64,000 nucleotides of DNA from Eledone cirrhosa (GCA_964016885.1 OZ024749.1:27652001-27716000), one strand, 5' to 3'; counted from the stretch's first letter, positions 28,621 through 42,243 are shown. Notes: generated by a model from the sequence alone, not told the origin. Numbers and translations: made by a program.

Positions 28621-29450
28621 CTGCAACAGACAAAAAATATATACAGATCACATTATATATATATATATATATATGCACATTTTATATTTTATATAAACAT
28701 ACACTATCTATATATATATATTGGTCTGATTACCCTTTTAACAACAACCAACGTTATACCTTGATGAGTCCCTGTAAAGGACAAAAGCCCTAGATTCAAA
28801 TTCTAAACATTTCATTATTACATCTTTCGATCTAAGTGATAAACAGTGTTTTATTACTTCTGATAATTATACTTGACTTATACAGATATATCATTTCATC
28901 ATTTCATTTTACGTCTGCTTTTTCCCTGCTTGCAAGGGTGGGACGGGAACTGATTCTGGCTTGATTTCTACAGCTGGATGCCCTTCCTAACACCAACCTC
29001 ATTTACAATGAGTGCTGGGTGCTTTTTTGCTGTGGCACCTCCACGACCACTTTGCAGTGGAATGATATGGACCTCAGTCCCTATCATCTCATTTCTACAG
29101 CTGAATAAACTGGAGCAATGTGAAATAAAGTGTCTTGCTAAAGGAAACAACACATCACCCGGTCTGAGAATTAGGTAATGCTGTGCTACCATTTATATTT
29201 TGCTGTATTCCAGTAAGGATTACTTAATCAAATCTATTATGTTCATACCATCTGATGGCGTTGCCGATTGTTTTGTGTCATGGTCCGATAAAGAATTGTG
29301 AGCAAATTGTAATGTTATTTATGTATATATTTAAAGCAACCCGAGAATAAAGGTGGGGCAGTATTACTCCATTCTTTTACAATTGTTTCAGTTAAGTAGC
29401 AGAGTTTCAAATAAAACTGGAAGAGAAAAGTCAAAAAAATATTTTCCTAC

Positions 29451-29504
29451 CCCAAAGTTAAAATCTTTCTTTTTCCAACGTATCTAAATTGGTATAGACA
29501 AAGC
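29451..29504 (-). CDS. DOCK9: DOCK-D exon
   Basis: ttcag|G...TTGGG|gtagg; 54 nt, phase 2/2; LCLYQFRYVGKRKILTL(G) (CL.QF.Y.GKR motif). Confidence 0.9.
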
Positions 29505-29781
29505 CTGAAAATAGATAAATATAAATTTATACATGCACACACACATATATATATATATATGTATATTAATAGCTATAAACAGACATGTATATAGACATAT
29601 GTATATATACATATGTACACACACATATAGTAACACACCCATATAAACACACACGCACATGTATATATATATAGTAAGGCACATATTGAATTCAAAGTTT
29701 GGAATATTTGGAAAAAATAAAAAAATAAAAAGGCAAAAGAAATATAATAAAAGAAGAAACCAATAAAAGATATTTACTTAC

Positions 29782-29848
29782 TCTAAAAGGGAGAACAGAT
29801 CGAGAACATTGAATTCTGAAGAATTATTGAACCATCCCAATAGGATAT
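29782..29848 (-). CDS. DOCK9: DOCK-D exon
   Basis: tccag|AT...TTAGA|gtaag; 67 nt, phase 1/2; (D)ILLGWFNNSSEFNVLDLFSLL(E). Confidence 0.88.
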
Positions 29849-29874
29849 CTGGAATATAAGATATTGGTAATGAT

Positions 29875-30440
29875 ACATGATTGAGGACTAAAGATCTTAG
29901 TAGGGCAACCCTCACATGATTAAGGACTGAAGAGCTTGGTAGGGTTAACTAACACATAATTAAGGGCTGAAGAGCTTGGTAGGGTTAACTAACACATGAT
30001 TAAGGACTGAAGAGATTGGAAGGGTTAACTAACACATGATTAAGGACTGAAGAGCTTGGAAGGATTAACTAACACATGATTAAGGGCTGAGGATCTTGGT
30101 AGGGTAACTAACAAATGATTAAGGACTAAAGATCTTGGTAGGGTTAACTAACACATGATTAAGGGCTGAAGATCTTGGTAGGGTAACTAACATGATTAAG
30201 GGCTGACAATCTTGGTAAAGTAACTAACACATGATTAAGCATAAAGGTATCGGTAGGGTAACAAACAAATGATTAAAGACTAAAGATCTTGGTAGGGTAA
30301 CCCTCACATGATTAAGAACTGAAGATCTTGGTAAGGTAAACAAATGTTGATCTTGGTAAATTACACAACATTAAGGACTAAAGATCTTGGTAGAGTAACC
30401 ATCATCATTAAAGATTGAAGACCTTGGTGGGGTCACCAAT
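29875..30440. repeat. about 38-40-bp degenerate tandem repeat
   Basis: acatgattaaggactgaagagcttggtagggttaactaac units. Confidence 0.85.
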
Positions 30441-30607
30441 ACAAGATTAAAGATTTAAGTAGGATAATCAACATTAAAAATAGACACTTTCTTTTTTTGT
30501 TATAAATGAACATATTGGAAACACTGTTTGTACAGGTGTACAGGTGAGAGAACGGTTTCCTGACAATAAGAAATATAGTTTGAAAGGTTTACAGAGAAAG
30601 TCCTTAC

Positions 30608-30744
30608 CTTCTGGCAGATATTTTAAAATATGTAGAAAACAGATTAACAAGTCTTTCACCTCTGTGGTGTCTAACTTATCGTAACGACTGTACATGGTGG
30701 TTTGGAATGGGGCTGTTTGAACTGGACCACCCATCGACTGAGTT
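30608..30744 (-). CDS. DOCK9: DOCK-D exon
   Basis: tctag|A...GAAG|gtaag; 137 nt, phase 2/1; TQSMGGPVQTAPFQTTMYSRYDKLDTTEVKDLLICFLHILKYLPE. Confidence 0.88.
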
Positions 30745-32036
30745 CTAGAGATAGATAGACAGGTATAATTAGGGAGTCAAAAAGATAGAGGTAGACAGAT
30801 AGATAGATAGACAGGTATAATTAGTGAGATAGAGCGATAGAGATAGATAGACAGAGATAGACAAGTATAAATATTAAAGGGAGAGATATTTATAGATAGT
30901 AGGGAGAGCGAGAGAGACAGAGTGTGTGTGAGAGTGAGTGTGTGTGAGAGTGAGTGTGTGAGAGAGAGGGGGAAAGGAAGGAGAGAAAGAGAGAGTATGT
31001 GTTAATAACATGTAGTCATCATTGTCGTCATAAACAAGATGTAGATCCCAATCCCTGCTTCAGTAAAGACTTCGTCTATGTAGATTCATCCAACCCATGC
31101 TAGCAGGGAGAGCAGACATTGAAATGATGCCAGGTGAATGGGTTAAGTCTGTTTCAAGCCTTGAGGCTCATTAGACCAGTGCAACTGAGAATACAAGATT
31201 TCCCCTGCACTGGGCACCAGTCCACTGCAGTGTTAAACCCCCAGCTAGTGCTGGTACTCATTTTCATCTGAGTATACTGGAGCCACGTAAAATGAAGTGT
31301 TTTGCTCAAGAACACAACGCACAACCCAGTCCAGGAATTGAACCCATGACATTATCATCATAACTCCAACTAACTCTCACTAAGTGAGTCTAAAGTCTAA
31401 ATTGTGTCTCGAGCCCAGAGGCTCATCAGGCTGATGCTTATCTTGGTTTCTGTGATGTTAAGCAACTGAGAATACAAGACTTCCCCCTGGACATGATGCC
31501 AGTCCATTGCAGGGTTAAACCCCCAGCTGGTACTCATTTTCAGCTGAATATACTGGAGCAATGTCAAATGAAGTGTTTTGCTTAAGAACATAAAACACAA
31601 CCCAGTCCACGAATTGAACCCATTACAGTAAGGGCTCCTAGACCAAAATATATTGATGAGATGTGTAAATCAAACCCATGACATTATGATCATAACTTTA
31701 ACACCCCAACCACTAGGCATTTGGGTTAGCCATTATACTAAAGGGGTCCCAGACCCAAATTTATTGATAGAATGTGCACACAACCTGGCCTGGGAATTGA
31801 ACTCACAACATTATGATCGTAAGTCCAACACCCTTACAACAAGGTGAGTGGGTTAGCCATTATACTAACGGGGTCCCAGATCAAAATATATTAATGAAAT
31901 GTGTAAATCAAACCCACAACATTATGATCGTAAGTCCAACACCCTAACCACAAGGCCCATGGGTTAGTCAGTATACTAAAGAACTCCCAGATCAAAATAT
32001 ATTGATGAAATGTGTAAATATGATAAGTTGACTTAC

Positions 32037-32163
32037 CTTAAATGAGAGTTTGAAGAACTGTTAGCTCTAGTTGCCTGGATAACCAAGTTGGACTGCTGTA
32101 GAGCTAATAATTCTAGTTGTTCAGGCTCTCCTAGATTCAAGTTACTCACAGATTGGGGGGGAG
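32037..32163 (-). CDS. DOCK9: DOCK-D exon (low-conservation linker)
   Basis: tacag|CT...TTAAG|gtaag; 127 nt, phase 1/2, open; (A)PPQSVSNLNLGEPEQLELLALQQSNLVIQATRANSSSNSHL(R). It is needed to bridge phase 1 to phase 2. Confidence 0.8.
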
Positions 32164-32165
32164 CT

Positions 32166-32345
32166 GTATTAACAGAGAATAACAGATTAACAGTATTAAC
32201 AGAGAATAACAGATTAACAGTATTAACAGAGAATAACAGATTAACAGTATTAACAGAGAATAACAGATTAACAGTATTAACAGAGAATAACAGATTGACA
32301 GTATTAACAGAGACTAACAGATTGACAGTAATGACAGAATAACAG
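32166..32345. repeat. 27-bp tandem repeat abutting a splice acceptor
   Basis: gtattaacagagaataacagattaaca, about 6 copies. Confidence 0.9.
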
Positions 32346-32539
32346 CATTGACAGAAATAGCAGACACAACACAGCTAATGGAATGGAATAAGGGAGGAAA
32401 GGGGTTAATGTGATAGTGGTGGTGTTGGTGATAGACAGTGGTTGTAGTGGTGTCTAGAGTGACAGATGTTAGTGGCGGCGGTGGTGGTGGTGGTTACAGT
32501 GATTGACAGTCGTGGTAGTTGTGATGGTGATAGTAGTGA

Positions 32540-33017
32540 TGGTGGTTGTGAGGTAGACAGTGGTAGTGGTGATGGTGGTGAGGTAGACAGTCGTGATGGT
32601 GATGGTGGTGGTGGTGAGGTAGACAGTGGTGATAGTAGTGATGGTGGTTGTGAGGTAGACAGTGGTAGTGGTGATGGTGGTGAGGTAGACAGTGATAGTG
32701 GTGATGGTGGTGAGGTAGACAGTGGTAGTGGTGATGGTGGTGAGGTAGACAGTGGTGATGGTGGTGAGGTAGACAGTGGTAGTGGTGATGGTGGTGAGAT
32801 AGACAGTGGTAGTGGTGATGGTGGTGAGGTAGACAGTGGTAGTGGTGATGGTGGTGAGGTAGACAGTGGTAGTGGTGATGGTGGTGAGGTAGACAGTGGT
32901 AGTGGTGATGGTGATGAGGTAGACAGTGGTAGTGGTGATGGTGGTGAGGTAGACAGTGGTAGTGGTGATGGTGGTGAGGTAGGTAGTGGTAGTGGTGATG
33001 GTGGTGAGGTAGACAGT
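32540..33017. repeat. 30-bp tandem repeat
   Basis: ggtggtgaggtagacagtggtagtggtgat units. Confidence 0.9.
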
Positions 33018-33366
33018 GTTATTAGTAGTGTTTAGAGTGATAAACATTGTGGTGGTGGTGTGTTTCTTTCAACCAGTTTAATGAGGGAGCGAAGGGCAGT
33101 GCTGTTGACCCTTTTTGGAACATCCTCGGAGGTGGGCAAAAGGGAGGAAGTTATCCCCAAACCTGAAATCTGGCTTCAATGTTTACAACAATAAAGTGGG
33201 CCAAGTGGTGGTGTTAAACTGGGTGACAGATTAGGTCACAGCCAGATTTGGGAAGATGGGGAGGGGAGGAAGATCAGGAGGGGAATGATGATGACAACAA
33301 TGATGATGATGAGGAGAAGGAAGAAGAAGAGGATAAATACTGAAAAGAAAAAAAACAAAACCCCAC

Positions 33367-33628
33367 CTCTTCCAGCTATGACATCAAAATAAGAGGAATC
33401 CCTTTTGTGTATTTGATCAATACCAGAGATACTTTTGTGGTGGTAATCTGTGGTGTTGGTGTTAGTAGTGAGGCCATCAGTACTAGCATTGAGATCTATG
33501 TTCTGGGTTGACGAGCTGACAGCACTCAGTCCTGTAGCACTTTCAGCATTGTCCATCAGTCGATCCTTACTTTCGAGAAGTATAGGGATGAGAGGCAGGT
33601 ACAAGGCAGCTATCCGGCCTTGGTGACC
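33367..33628 (-). CDS. DOCK9: DOCK-D exon
   Basis: tttaag|GGT...AGAG|gtggg; 262 nt, phase 0/1; GHQGRIAALYLPLIPILLESKDRL...KRDSSYFDVIAGR. The donor is weaker but phase-compatible. Confidence 0.85.
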
Positions 33629-34848
33629 CTTAAAGAGAAATTAGAAAAATAAAAGTAAATAAAAAAAAAGAGGGAATGATTTTTTTTAAGGGTAGAAATA
33701 TGGAAAAAAGAAGACAAAAAAATTCTGAAACATAATTAGACAACTTTTTTATATTAATATTTTTTTAAATTATTAATAATATTTTATATTACTGATATTA
33801 AAAGAATATTAACTCTTAACATACTATAATGATTTAGCAGAAAATATACAATGAAATCTAGTCCTACAGTGGCACAATATTGATATATGTATATAAACAA
33901 AATATCCTTATATATAAGCACATTGACTTGATATATAAGCACATTGACTTGATATATAAACACATTAACCTCATATATAAACACAGTATTGTTATATATA
34001 AACAAAATATCCTCATATATAAACACATTAAATTCATATGTAAACACATTGACCTCAAATATAAACACAGTATTATTATATATAAATATAATATCCTCAT
34101 ATATAAGTACATTAACTTTGCATATGAACACAGTATTGTTATATATAAACACATTACCATCATATGTAATCACAATACCCTCATATGTAAGCATTATTGT
34201 CACCTATAACCACAATATTGTCATACATTAACACAATATTGACATACATACATCGATACAATTTATAATGAAATCTAGTCCCACTTTGAAACAATATAAT
34301 ATAATATTGGTATATAATAACAGAGAAATACAGTGAAATACACAATATAGTGTAATATTTTATAACAAGAGTGAAATCTAGTTATATCACAACACAATAT
34401 CATGTAATATCATTATGTGATAACAGAGGAATACAGTGAAATACACAACATAGACCAATACTGTTATATAAAGACAGTTAAATCTAGTTATACAACACAA
34501 TATTGTATAATATTGTTATATAACGACAGAGAAATACAGTGAAATACACAATATAATGCAATATTGTTATATTACGACTGTGAAATCTAGTTATACAACA
34601 ACACAATATTGTGTAATATCGTTATATAATTGTTTCTACTTTAGGCACAAGGCCAGCAATTACCCAGTGCATTACTGGTACTTTATTTTATCGACCCCGT
34701 AAGGATGAACGGCAAAGTTAACCTCGGCGGGATTTGAACTCAGTCCGTAAAGGGACGTAACTATGCTGCAAAGCGACAGATAAATACAGTGAAATATATA
34801 ATAATATTACTCGATATATTGTGTAACAACAGAGAAATCTAGTCCTAC

Positions 34849-35027
34849 CTTGGCACAATATCGATTGTCAAATGCGTGTTTGGCAATCTGATTTCTTAGA
34901 ACAGTGATGGCACATCTATGGATGTCTCTGCTGTCATAGAGAGCTAGCTTCAGTTCTTGTAGCAACAGCCCAGCTAAATAATGGTTCTTTCGATATTCTT
35001 CAGATAATGTGTAGTCATGTTTCAGAT
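34849..35027 (-). CDS. DOCK9: DOCK-D exon
   Basis: tacag|AT...GCCAAG|gtagg; 179 nt, phase 1/0; (D)LKHDYTLSEEYRKNHYLAGLLLQELKLALYDSRDIHRCAITVLRNQIAKHAFDNRYCAK. Confidence 0.92.
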
Positions 35028-37050
35028 CTGTATATAACCAAAGAAATAATTACAGTGCAATCAAGCATATGAGAGAGAGAGAGAGAGAGAGGCTCAGTCA
35101 GTAATAATTTCAAAACAATATATTAATAACTTAGAAAATCAGTTAAAATACCGCTATGTAGAAGGGAAAAAAGTGGCCAGCATCTGCTACAGAGCAGCAA
35201 ACTCTGTAACCCATAAATTCTGGTTGAGTGCTCTAGCTATTGAGCTAAATCACCTCTAATATTTGAGCTAAATGATTTCTGATCATTGAGCTAAACACCC
35301 TCTAATAATTGAGCTAAATGACTGTCAGAGGTTGTTTAGCTCAATGGCAAGAGCTCTCAGCTGGAATTTGAGAGATACAGAGTTCAATCCTCTGTAGTGG
35401 CTGCTGGCCACATTTTGCTGTCGTTAGGGGTAATTTACCAAATTTTCTAAGGTATTTATAGGAATTGACTATTTGCAAATATTTTCTGCATTTGGAATTT
35501 GTACATTTTCTAAGAATTTCAAAACTACCCAATGCTCCAATAGTTTATATAGCCATATATAGATTTATATACACATATATAGAATACATAATAAATGTAT
35601 AGAATATGTAGAGTATATATACACATATATAGTGTATATAATATATAGAATATGTAAAGTTTATATACACACATATAGTGTATATAGTAATATATAGAAT
35701 ATGTACAGTATATATACATATGTATAATAATATATAGCGTGTATATATACACACATATAGTAATATAAGTATATATACACACATATAGTAATATGAGTAT
35801 ATATACACACATATAGTAATATGAGTATATATACATACATATAGTAATATGAGTATATATACATACATATAGTAATATGAGTATATATACATACATATAG
35901 TAATATGAGTATATATACATACATATAGTAATATATAGTATTTATACACACATAGTTTATATAGTAATATATATATATGTAGCATATATATACACACATA
36001 TAGTAATATATAGAGTATATATACACACAGTTTATATAGTAATACACAGAATATATAGAGTTGATATATACACACACATAGTTTATACAGTAATATATTA
36101 ATTACCAAGTTATTATTTTCAATAATATCTCATTTATATGTAATATCCATGTTTATAACAATAAAAACTGCTTAGTACAGACATCTGTAACAAACTTTAA
36201 ATATCGGTTTCATTGTTAGAAGAAATTACAAACCTTTTTTTATTTGTACATATTACATATATCTTCCTAAACCAGTGGTTCCTAAAAGGAACCCCATGAT
36301 GAGTATGAACCTTCTCATGGAGCCTCTCAAGGGTAACCACTGCTTTAACATGGAAAATAGCCTTTAAATGCTTGTTGTTGCAGCTGTTGTTGTTGCTGTT
36401 GTGTGTAATAATAATAATTTCTGATTTAAGCACAAAGCTAGCAATTTACGAAGAAGGAAAGGTTGATTAAATCCACCCCAATATTGACTGGTACCTTTTT
36501 TTGTTTCATCTACCCTGGAACGATGAAAGGCAAAGCTGACCTTGGCAGGATTTGAATTCAGAATGCAAAGGGATGTAACTAAATGCTGCAAAGTTACAGA
36601 CCTAGTTACATTTAGTAAATAGTTTCATAGTCTTTTCCTTTCTCTCTCTCTTGTTTTCTCTCATAGAAATCAGCTGTGTTCTGACATAGAGAGAGAGAGA
36701 GAGAGTGAGAGAAGGGATCCACCAAGTTTAAAATATTCAAGACACACCATATGTAATGCTGGCTCTCCTATGACTCCAACAAAAGTTACGGGGTCCATGA
36801 TATGGTATGATAACTGTATAGAGATGATCAGTTTGCTGCTCATACATAGCATGACATAACACTTTAAAATACTTTTCAGGAAGCTTAAACAAAATAAAAC
36901 AAAAACAATACCAAAGAACAGAGAGACTATGCTATTAGAACAATCAATTGTGGTGTTAATAGAGAGTCAGTTGTGTACTATGGTCAGTTGAGAGTCAGAC
37001 GCGGAAGAGATGTAGAATGAAAAAAATGGGCCACAGTTTATGTGTATGTA

Positions 37051-37101
<51 letters not shown>

Positions 37102-37131
37102 AGATCAAAAGATGGTTAAAAGAGTTCCATG

Positions 37132-37199
37132 TATTTTATTATGCGCATTTCAAAAACAAATATCATGAGATGACATTTGCGTTTTCGTCAGATAAAATA
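37132..37199 (-). ncRNA. minimal type-I hammerhead ribozyme in Penelope pLTR
   Basis: UAUUUUAU-CUGACGA-[15-bp stem II, loop CUC]-GAAA-UGCGCA-UA^-AUAAAAUA; perfect 8-bp stem I and palindromic stem/loop III. Confidence 0.8.
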
Positions 37200-38327
37200 A
37201 GGATACATGATATGAAGGTTAAAAAACACTTGTGAATAGTGAAGTTTTAAATCAACATATGAAAAGTAATTTAAGATTGATGTGTGATATTGGGAAAAAA
37301 ATGAGGGGGTGGGGTTGGAAAGGATGAAAAAGAGGAGGAGATGAGAGTAAAGAATGGTGGGGGTGGAGTGTAATAAGGAAGGATGAGATAGGGGAGATGG
37401 GTGATAGAAAAAGAGAGATAGCCTTTATAACTGAGAAGAAATATATATTGTTTCACAGAGAGAGGTTAAAAAGCCGTTGGAAGATAATATATAATTTAAA
37501 AGAATTTGAAAATTGATGAAGAGAAAAAATTAAGAATAATATTAAATTAAGGTTTGTATATTGAAGGGTTTAATAATATGTGCGATGAAAAGAAATTGTT
37601 AATATGTATTATTAAAATAAAAATATTAATGTTATTAAGGATATAAGGTGAAAAGAAGTAGAAGAGTGGATGAATTATGAATTTAGAGGAATTAGTTAGT
37701 GTTTAAGTTTGTTTTTATGTAATGTAATATGTATGTGTAATATATGTAAATAGTTTGTTTACAAATGAGCGCAGAAAGCAAAGAAGAAAATAGTGTTTAA
37801 GGAAGAGAAGACTTTAACATCAAAATATATATGTTTATGAAGTAATTTCTAATGGTAATAGTATAATGTAATAAAGGAGATTAGTTAGGGTTTAAGTTTG
37901 TTTTTATGTATTGTGATATGTAATATGTAAAAGTCAGACGAGCATGAAAGGAATAATCTAACGTCAAAAAAATGTTTATGTTTACGAAGGATTTTTAAAG
38001 GTAATGCTATAAAGTATTTAAAAGGTAATAATAAAATTTTATGGCCAATGGTATGAAGAAAGATAGAAGAGTGAATATGTTGTGGTGAGTAATAATAAGA
38101 ATTGAGAAGTATTTAGGAAGAAAAAGTACAGATTAGAGGCTAGAAATTAAAAGAAAAGAGGAAGAAAGTAAATTGATAAATAGGAATGATATAGAATGAG
38201 TAACTAGTATTATATAATGTATAATAAATAATATTGAAATAAAGTAGAAAGATTGGTATATTTTTAAAGAAATATATATATATAAGCCTTTGAGAAAAAG
38301 GATTTTAAACTGGTAAAGTATTAGATA

Positions 38328-39742
38328 TTAGCTGTATACTTTATGGAATGTTCTGTGGAATTTATGCAAGTAGAGAGAAAATAAGTCAGTGCATCTATTT
38401 ATTATAGAATCTAAATTAGATATAATGGTAAATTTCTCACATAAACAAAGATTACACGTTCTGGATAGGGAGGCATTCAAGTAGGGAGAGGCAGAACAAA
38501 CTTTCCTCCAAGAGATGTTATAGTTAATATTTTTGTCTTTCAAGGACCATATGAGTTCTGAGAGTGCCGTGTTGGTTCTTTTAAGTTGGTATTTAAAAGA
38601 AGAATTGTGATTATAAAAACGAGCTTTGAAGGAAGTGGAAGTGGAGCCGAAATAGGTATCGGTTATAACTTGACATTCATAGACTAAGTTTTTTTCAAGA
38701 CAATGGTTGTTGAAAGGACATTTATTTTTAACAGGGCAATTACAATTGCGATTAGAGAAATTAACAGAGTTATTAACAAGTGACCTAGGAGGAATTGGAT
38801 TGGAGAAGTTATTTACGATAGGAATAATAGTTTCCTGATTTAGATTGGTATTAAGAACATTTGACGAAGTTACGTTTGACGTCGTATTTGGGTTTGCAGA
38901 AACTAGCCTAGAGTTTACAATGATGTCGGGAGTACTACTGCTATTATTATGACATTCAGTGTTGGAAGGAAGTGATTTAGTATTTAATATTTTATTGTTG
39001 TGTTTAGAGATTATGTTGGAGATGTTGGAGGAGGTGGAATAGGAAAATTTAATTGTATGTTTGTTAAATATTTTACTATAGATATGTGAGGGAGGGAAGC
39101 ATTTATTTAAGGCACTAAAGAATAATTTAGGAATATTATTATTAATAGAAATAGAGAAAGGAGCATTATACCAGATTATAGTTTTGTATCTAGGTCTTTT
39201 ATTTAAGTTATTGGAATGATCGTAATTAATTATTTTACTGTAAGATCTTCTAGGATTGGTTTCTTTACTGTATTTGATTTTATCAGGATAACCGACTTTA
39301 GAAAGCGCATTATTATAGTAATTGGCGTTAGCATCAAAGATATTTTTATTAGATGACAGGTTTGATATTCTTTTTCCAATATTACTAACTATAGCATTTT
39401 TAATGTTAATGGGGTAGTTAGATTTAAAATTAACATAATTTAGATTCTCATTGTTTTTATGGTAAGGGTAATATAGGCCAGTGTCAAGATTAAGGGATAT
39501 ATCCAAGAAGTAAACTAGTTTGACGTTGTAATCAAATTCAGTTTTTAAGTTATGTTGGTTAAAGAGATCACGTATATTGTTCTTAATAATATTAAGGTTA
39601 ACTATGTTGCAATTTAAGATAGTAAAAAGTCCATCGTCCCGATAAATTCCACCGCGAAGTTGAGGAATTTTCCGATTTAAGGAATTCAAAATAAAGATAC
39701 CAATTAAATCAGTCAATTGCGATGAATCGGATGCACCCATTG
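38328..39742 (-). CDS. Penelope-like RT (C-terminal half) + GIY-YIG endonuclease
   Basis: MGASDSSQLTDLIG, GGIYRDDGL, YFLDISL, IIWYNAPFS, KIFNKHTIKFSYS, CPVKNKCPFNNHCLEKNLVY...YFGST...FKARFYNH...CNLCLCEK. The N-terminal 63 residues of the listed ORF are microsatellite or non-element sequence. Confidence 0.88.
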
Positions 39743-40624
39743 TAATATATATATATATTATATATATATATATGTATATATATATGTGTGTGTGTGTGTG
39801 TGAGTATGCATATATATTTGAAGAAAGTGTCCCGACTGATGGGAAGCGACTGACCTGTTTCGGCCATTTTCTGTTGTCTTCGCCCATCATTTTAATCAAT
39901 GTGTGTATGTGCACGTGTGTGTATGTATGCATTTTCTTTTTATTTTGTGGAACAAGAGAGTCCTAGCCTTCATTAAGACATCTCGCTAGGAGAAGGTCAT
40001 TCTGATATAAAATCTGCGACTTTGTTTGCATCCAATGATGTAGACTAGTTCTACATTTTCAGTAAATGCATTCAATGTTCAGAGAGCGGGATTGGCCTGC
40101 TGAAAAGCCTTTCCTTGCTTAAAAAAGCTTCAAGCAAAGGCATCGCTTGATATGTGATATTTTTGCGATGTATGGTATTGCTGGCCATAGGTAAGTTCCT
40201 AGCCAGACTAAAAAGCATTACTCGAAATTGAGTTGCAGCCACCATGTATGTAAGTATCTATGTATGTATGTATGTATGTGTGTGTATGTAATGGAAAGAA
40301 AAGCATGAGGAAGAAATTGAAGATATTTTATTTATCTTACACATGTTTCTGCAAAAAAGAGATGAAAAAAAATCAGGAAATGATGAAAAACTTGCTCATT
40401 CTCCATTATCAATATACAGAGATGTTTCTATATAATAGAATCTCGGCAATGACCCCAGGAACTCACCTTTAACCCTTAATTTCACTTAATCCTGTATGTT
40501 GAGTGACTTCAATACATATACAGAATATTATAGGAAAATATACAATTCCAAGAACAAGATTGAAATATATCACAATTATATGACATCTGAAAATAACATA
40601 TCAAATAGTCATTATAAACAGACA

Positions 40625-40795
40625 GAAGCCACTCCTTGCTATGGTGAAAAGACAGAGGTTTGCCTGGTATGGTCATGTATCCTATCACGACTCTTCGTCA
40701 AAGACCATCCTTCAAGGCACGCTTGACAAAGTGCAAAAGAGAGGCAGACGAAGAAAATCCTGGTCCAACAACATCAAAGACTGGACTGGTCACAA
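40625..40795 (+). mobile_element. RTE/BovB-type LINE 3' fragment
   Basis: LLAMVKRQRFAWYGHVSYHDSSSKTILQGTLDKVQKRGRRRKSWSNNIKDWTG. Confidence 0.75.
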
Positions 40796-42003
40796 CACTG
40801 AGTTGCCGACCTCAACTTCTTTTTCCATCTTCAAGGGTCTTCACCCTATTTTATAGCATCTCTGTACATGAGCACACCACTCTTTATATTAACTTTATCC
40901 CCCAAGCACTTTGTAAAATTCGAGAGATCAGCTACATATACACAACATATACATAATATCATAATATTTAAATGTTAGTTCGATTTAGGGATTGTTTAAA
41001 GCTGTTTACAATATATTAGAATGACTGACATATATAGAAACAGAATTAATAAACTAGAATCCACTAACTAATGATTTTAAGATGATGTATAGAAGTGTAA
41101 AAATATAGATACTATAATAGATATTGGGTGAGGGCTTTACTATTACATAGACAACTAAAAGCTAATATTTGTAAACGATACTTGGGTTATTGTTGGTCAT
41201 AGTAGAAAACACTAAGGCAGTATAGATAATAAAATATATTTGAACCCTTTAGCATTTAAACCGGCCATATCCAGCTAGAATTCTTTCACCATTTTCTGTT
41301 CAAACCAGCTGTAACTATTCATGCTTCTGTTAAAGTATTGATCTCAAAATAAATAACATCAAAATTTTGTAAATTCAATATTATATGAGTGTTTACCATG
41401 GAAATATAACAGTAAATATAGAGTAATGTAAATGCTAAAGGGTCAAGCGAATTAATGTTGTCTAACTAGAATTATTATAGTTTAAGGACAATGGACAATG
41501 AGATAATTAGGTCTTTTTAGGTTATTTTTTATGTTATTGAAGCTTTAAAAACTAGAATAAAATTAAATTTTGATAGACATAAATTGTAAGTAAATATTTA
41601 GGGAGTACAAATTCAAAGAGAATGAAATTTTAACTATATACATACATGCATATATACACGTATATACATATATATATATACATACATGTGTATATATATG
41701 CACACATACACACGCATATATATAATATATATATGCACATATAATATATAGATAAGCATATATCCATATGTATATGCACACACACACATACATATATATA
41801 CACATACATATATATATATATATACACATATACACATACATATATACATATACACACATATATATATATGCAGACATTTTATTATAGAAATTATTTCTAC
41901 AGGACTAGAACTGTTTCATTTGTAAGAAACCATTAGAATTAAAGAATATTGCATATTAATAAATAAGATTAAGGATTATTGAAGAAGATAAAACAACTGT
42001 TAC

Positions 42004-42033
42004 CTAAAGTATCGCTGTTGATCTCTAAATATG
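42004..42033 (-). CDS. candidate 30-nt (or 21-nt) DOCK microexon
   Basis: long U tract...aatcatag|CATATTTAG^AGATCAACAGCGATACTTTAG|gtaaca; both acceptors (exon starts 42033 and 42024) are in frame; (A)YLEINSDTL. Confidence 0.55.
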
Positions 42034-42243
42034 CTATGATTAAAAAATAAAAAACATAAAAAGTAAAATATATATTTTTGAAAATAGAAAATGAGAAATT
42101 ATTAATGAAACTTTAATCATTGACCTATAGGGCCAGAATCTCACCTGCTCAGGCCCTAAGCTATATGAAATTTGAGGCCCTTCTCTAAAACATTTATAAT
42201 AATTATACATGATTATTATTTTTATATTAATGTTAATCACAAA

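Larger units (their letters stand above)
37095..39745 (-). mobile_element. Penelope-like retroelement, 5'-truncated, with 3' pseudo-LTR; possibly Naiad-like
   Basis: RT C-half plus GIY-YIG ORF followed by about 1.2 kb of AT-rich 3' region ending in a hammerhead; flanked on both sides by (TA)n. Confidence 0.85.

Noticed and set aside
32466-33047. Gly/Asp/Ser-rich and Thr-rich ORFs
   Set aside because: They are translations of a 30-bp intronic tandem repeat with no supporting splice or start signals.
40467-40491. 25-nt unit with strong AAG|gtgagt donor
   Set aside because: Weak acceptor, not a multiple of 3, in-frame TAA.
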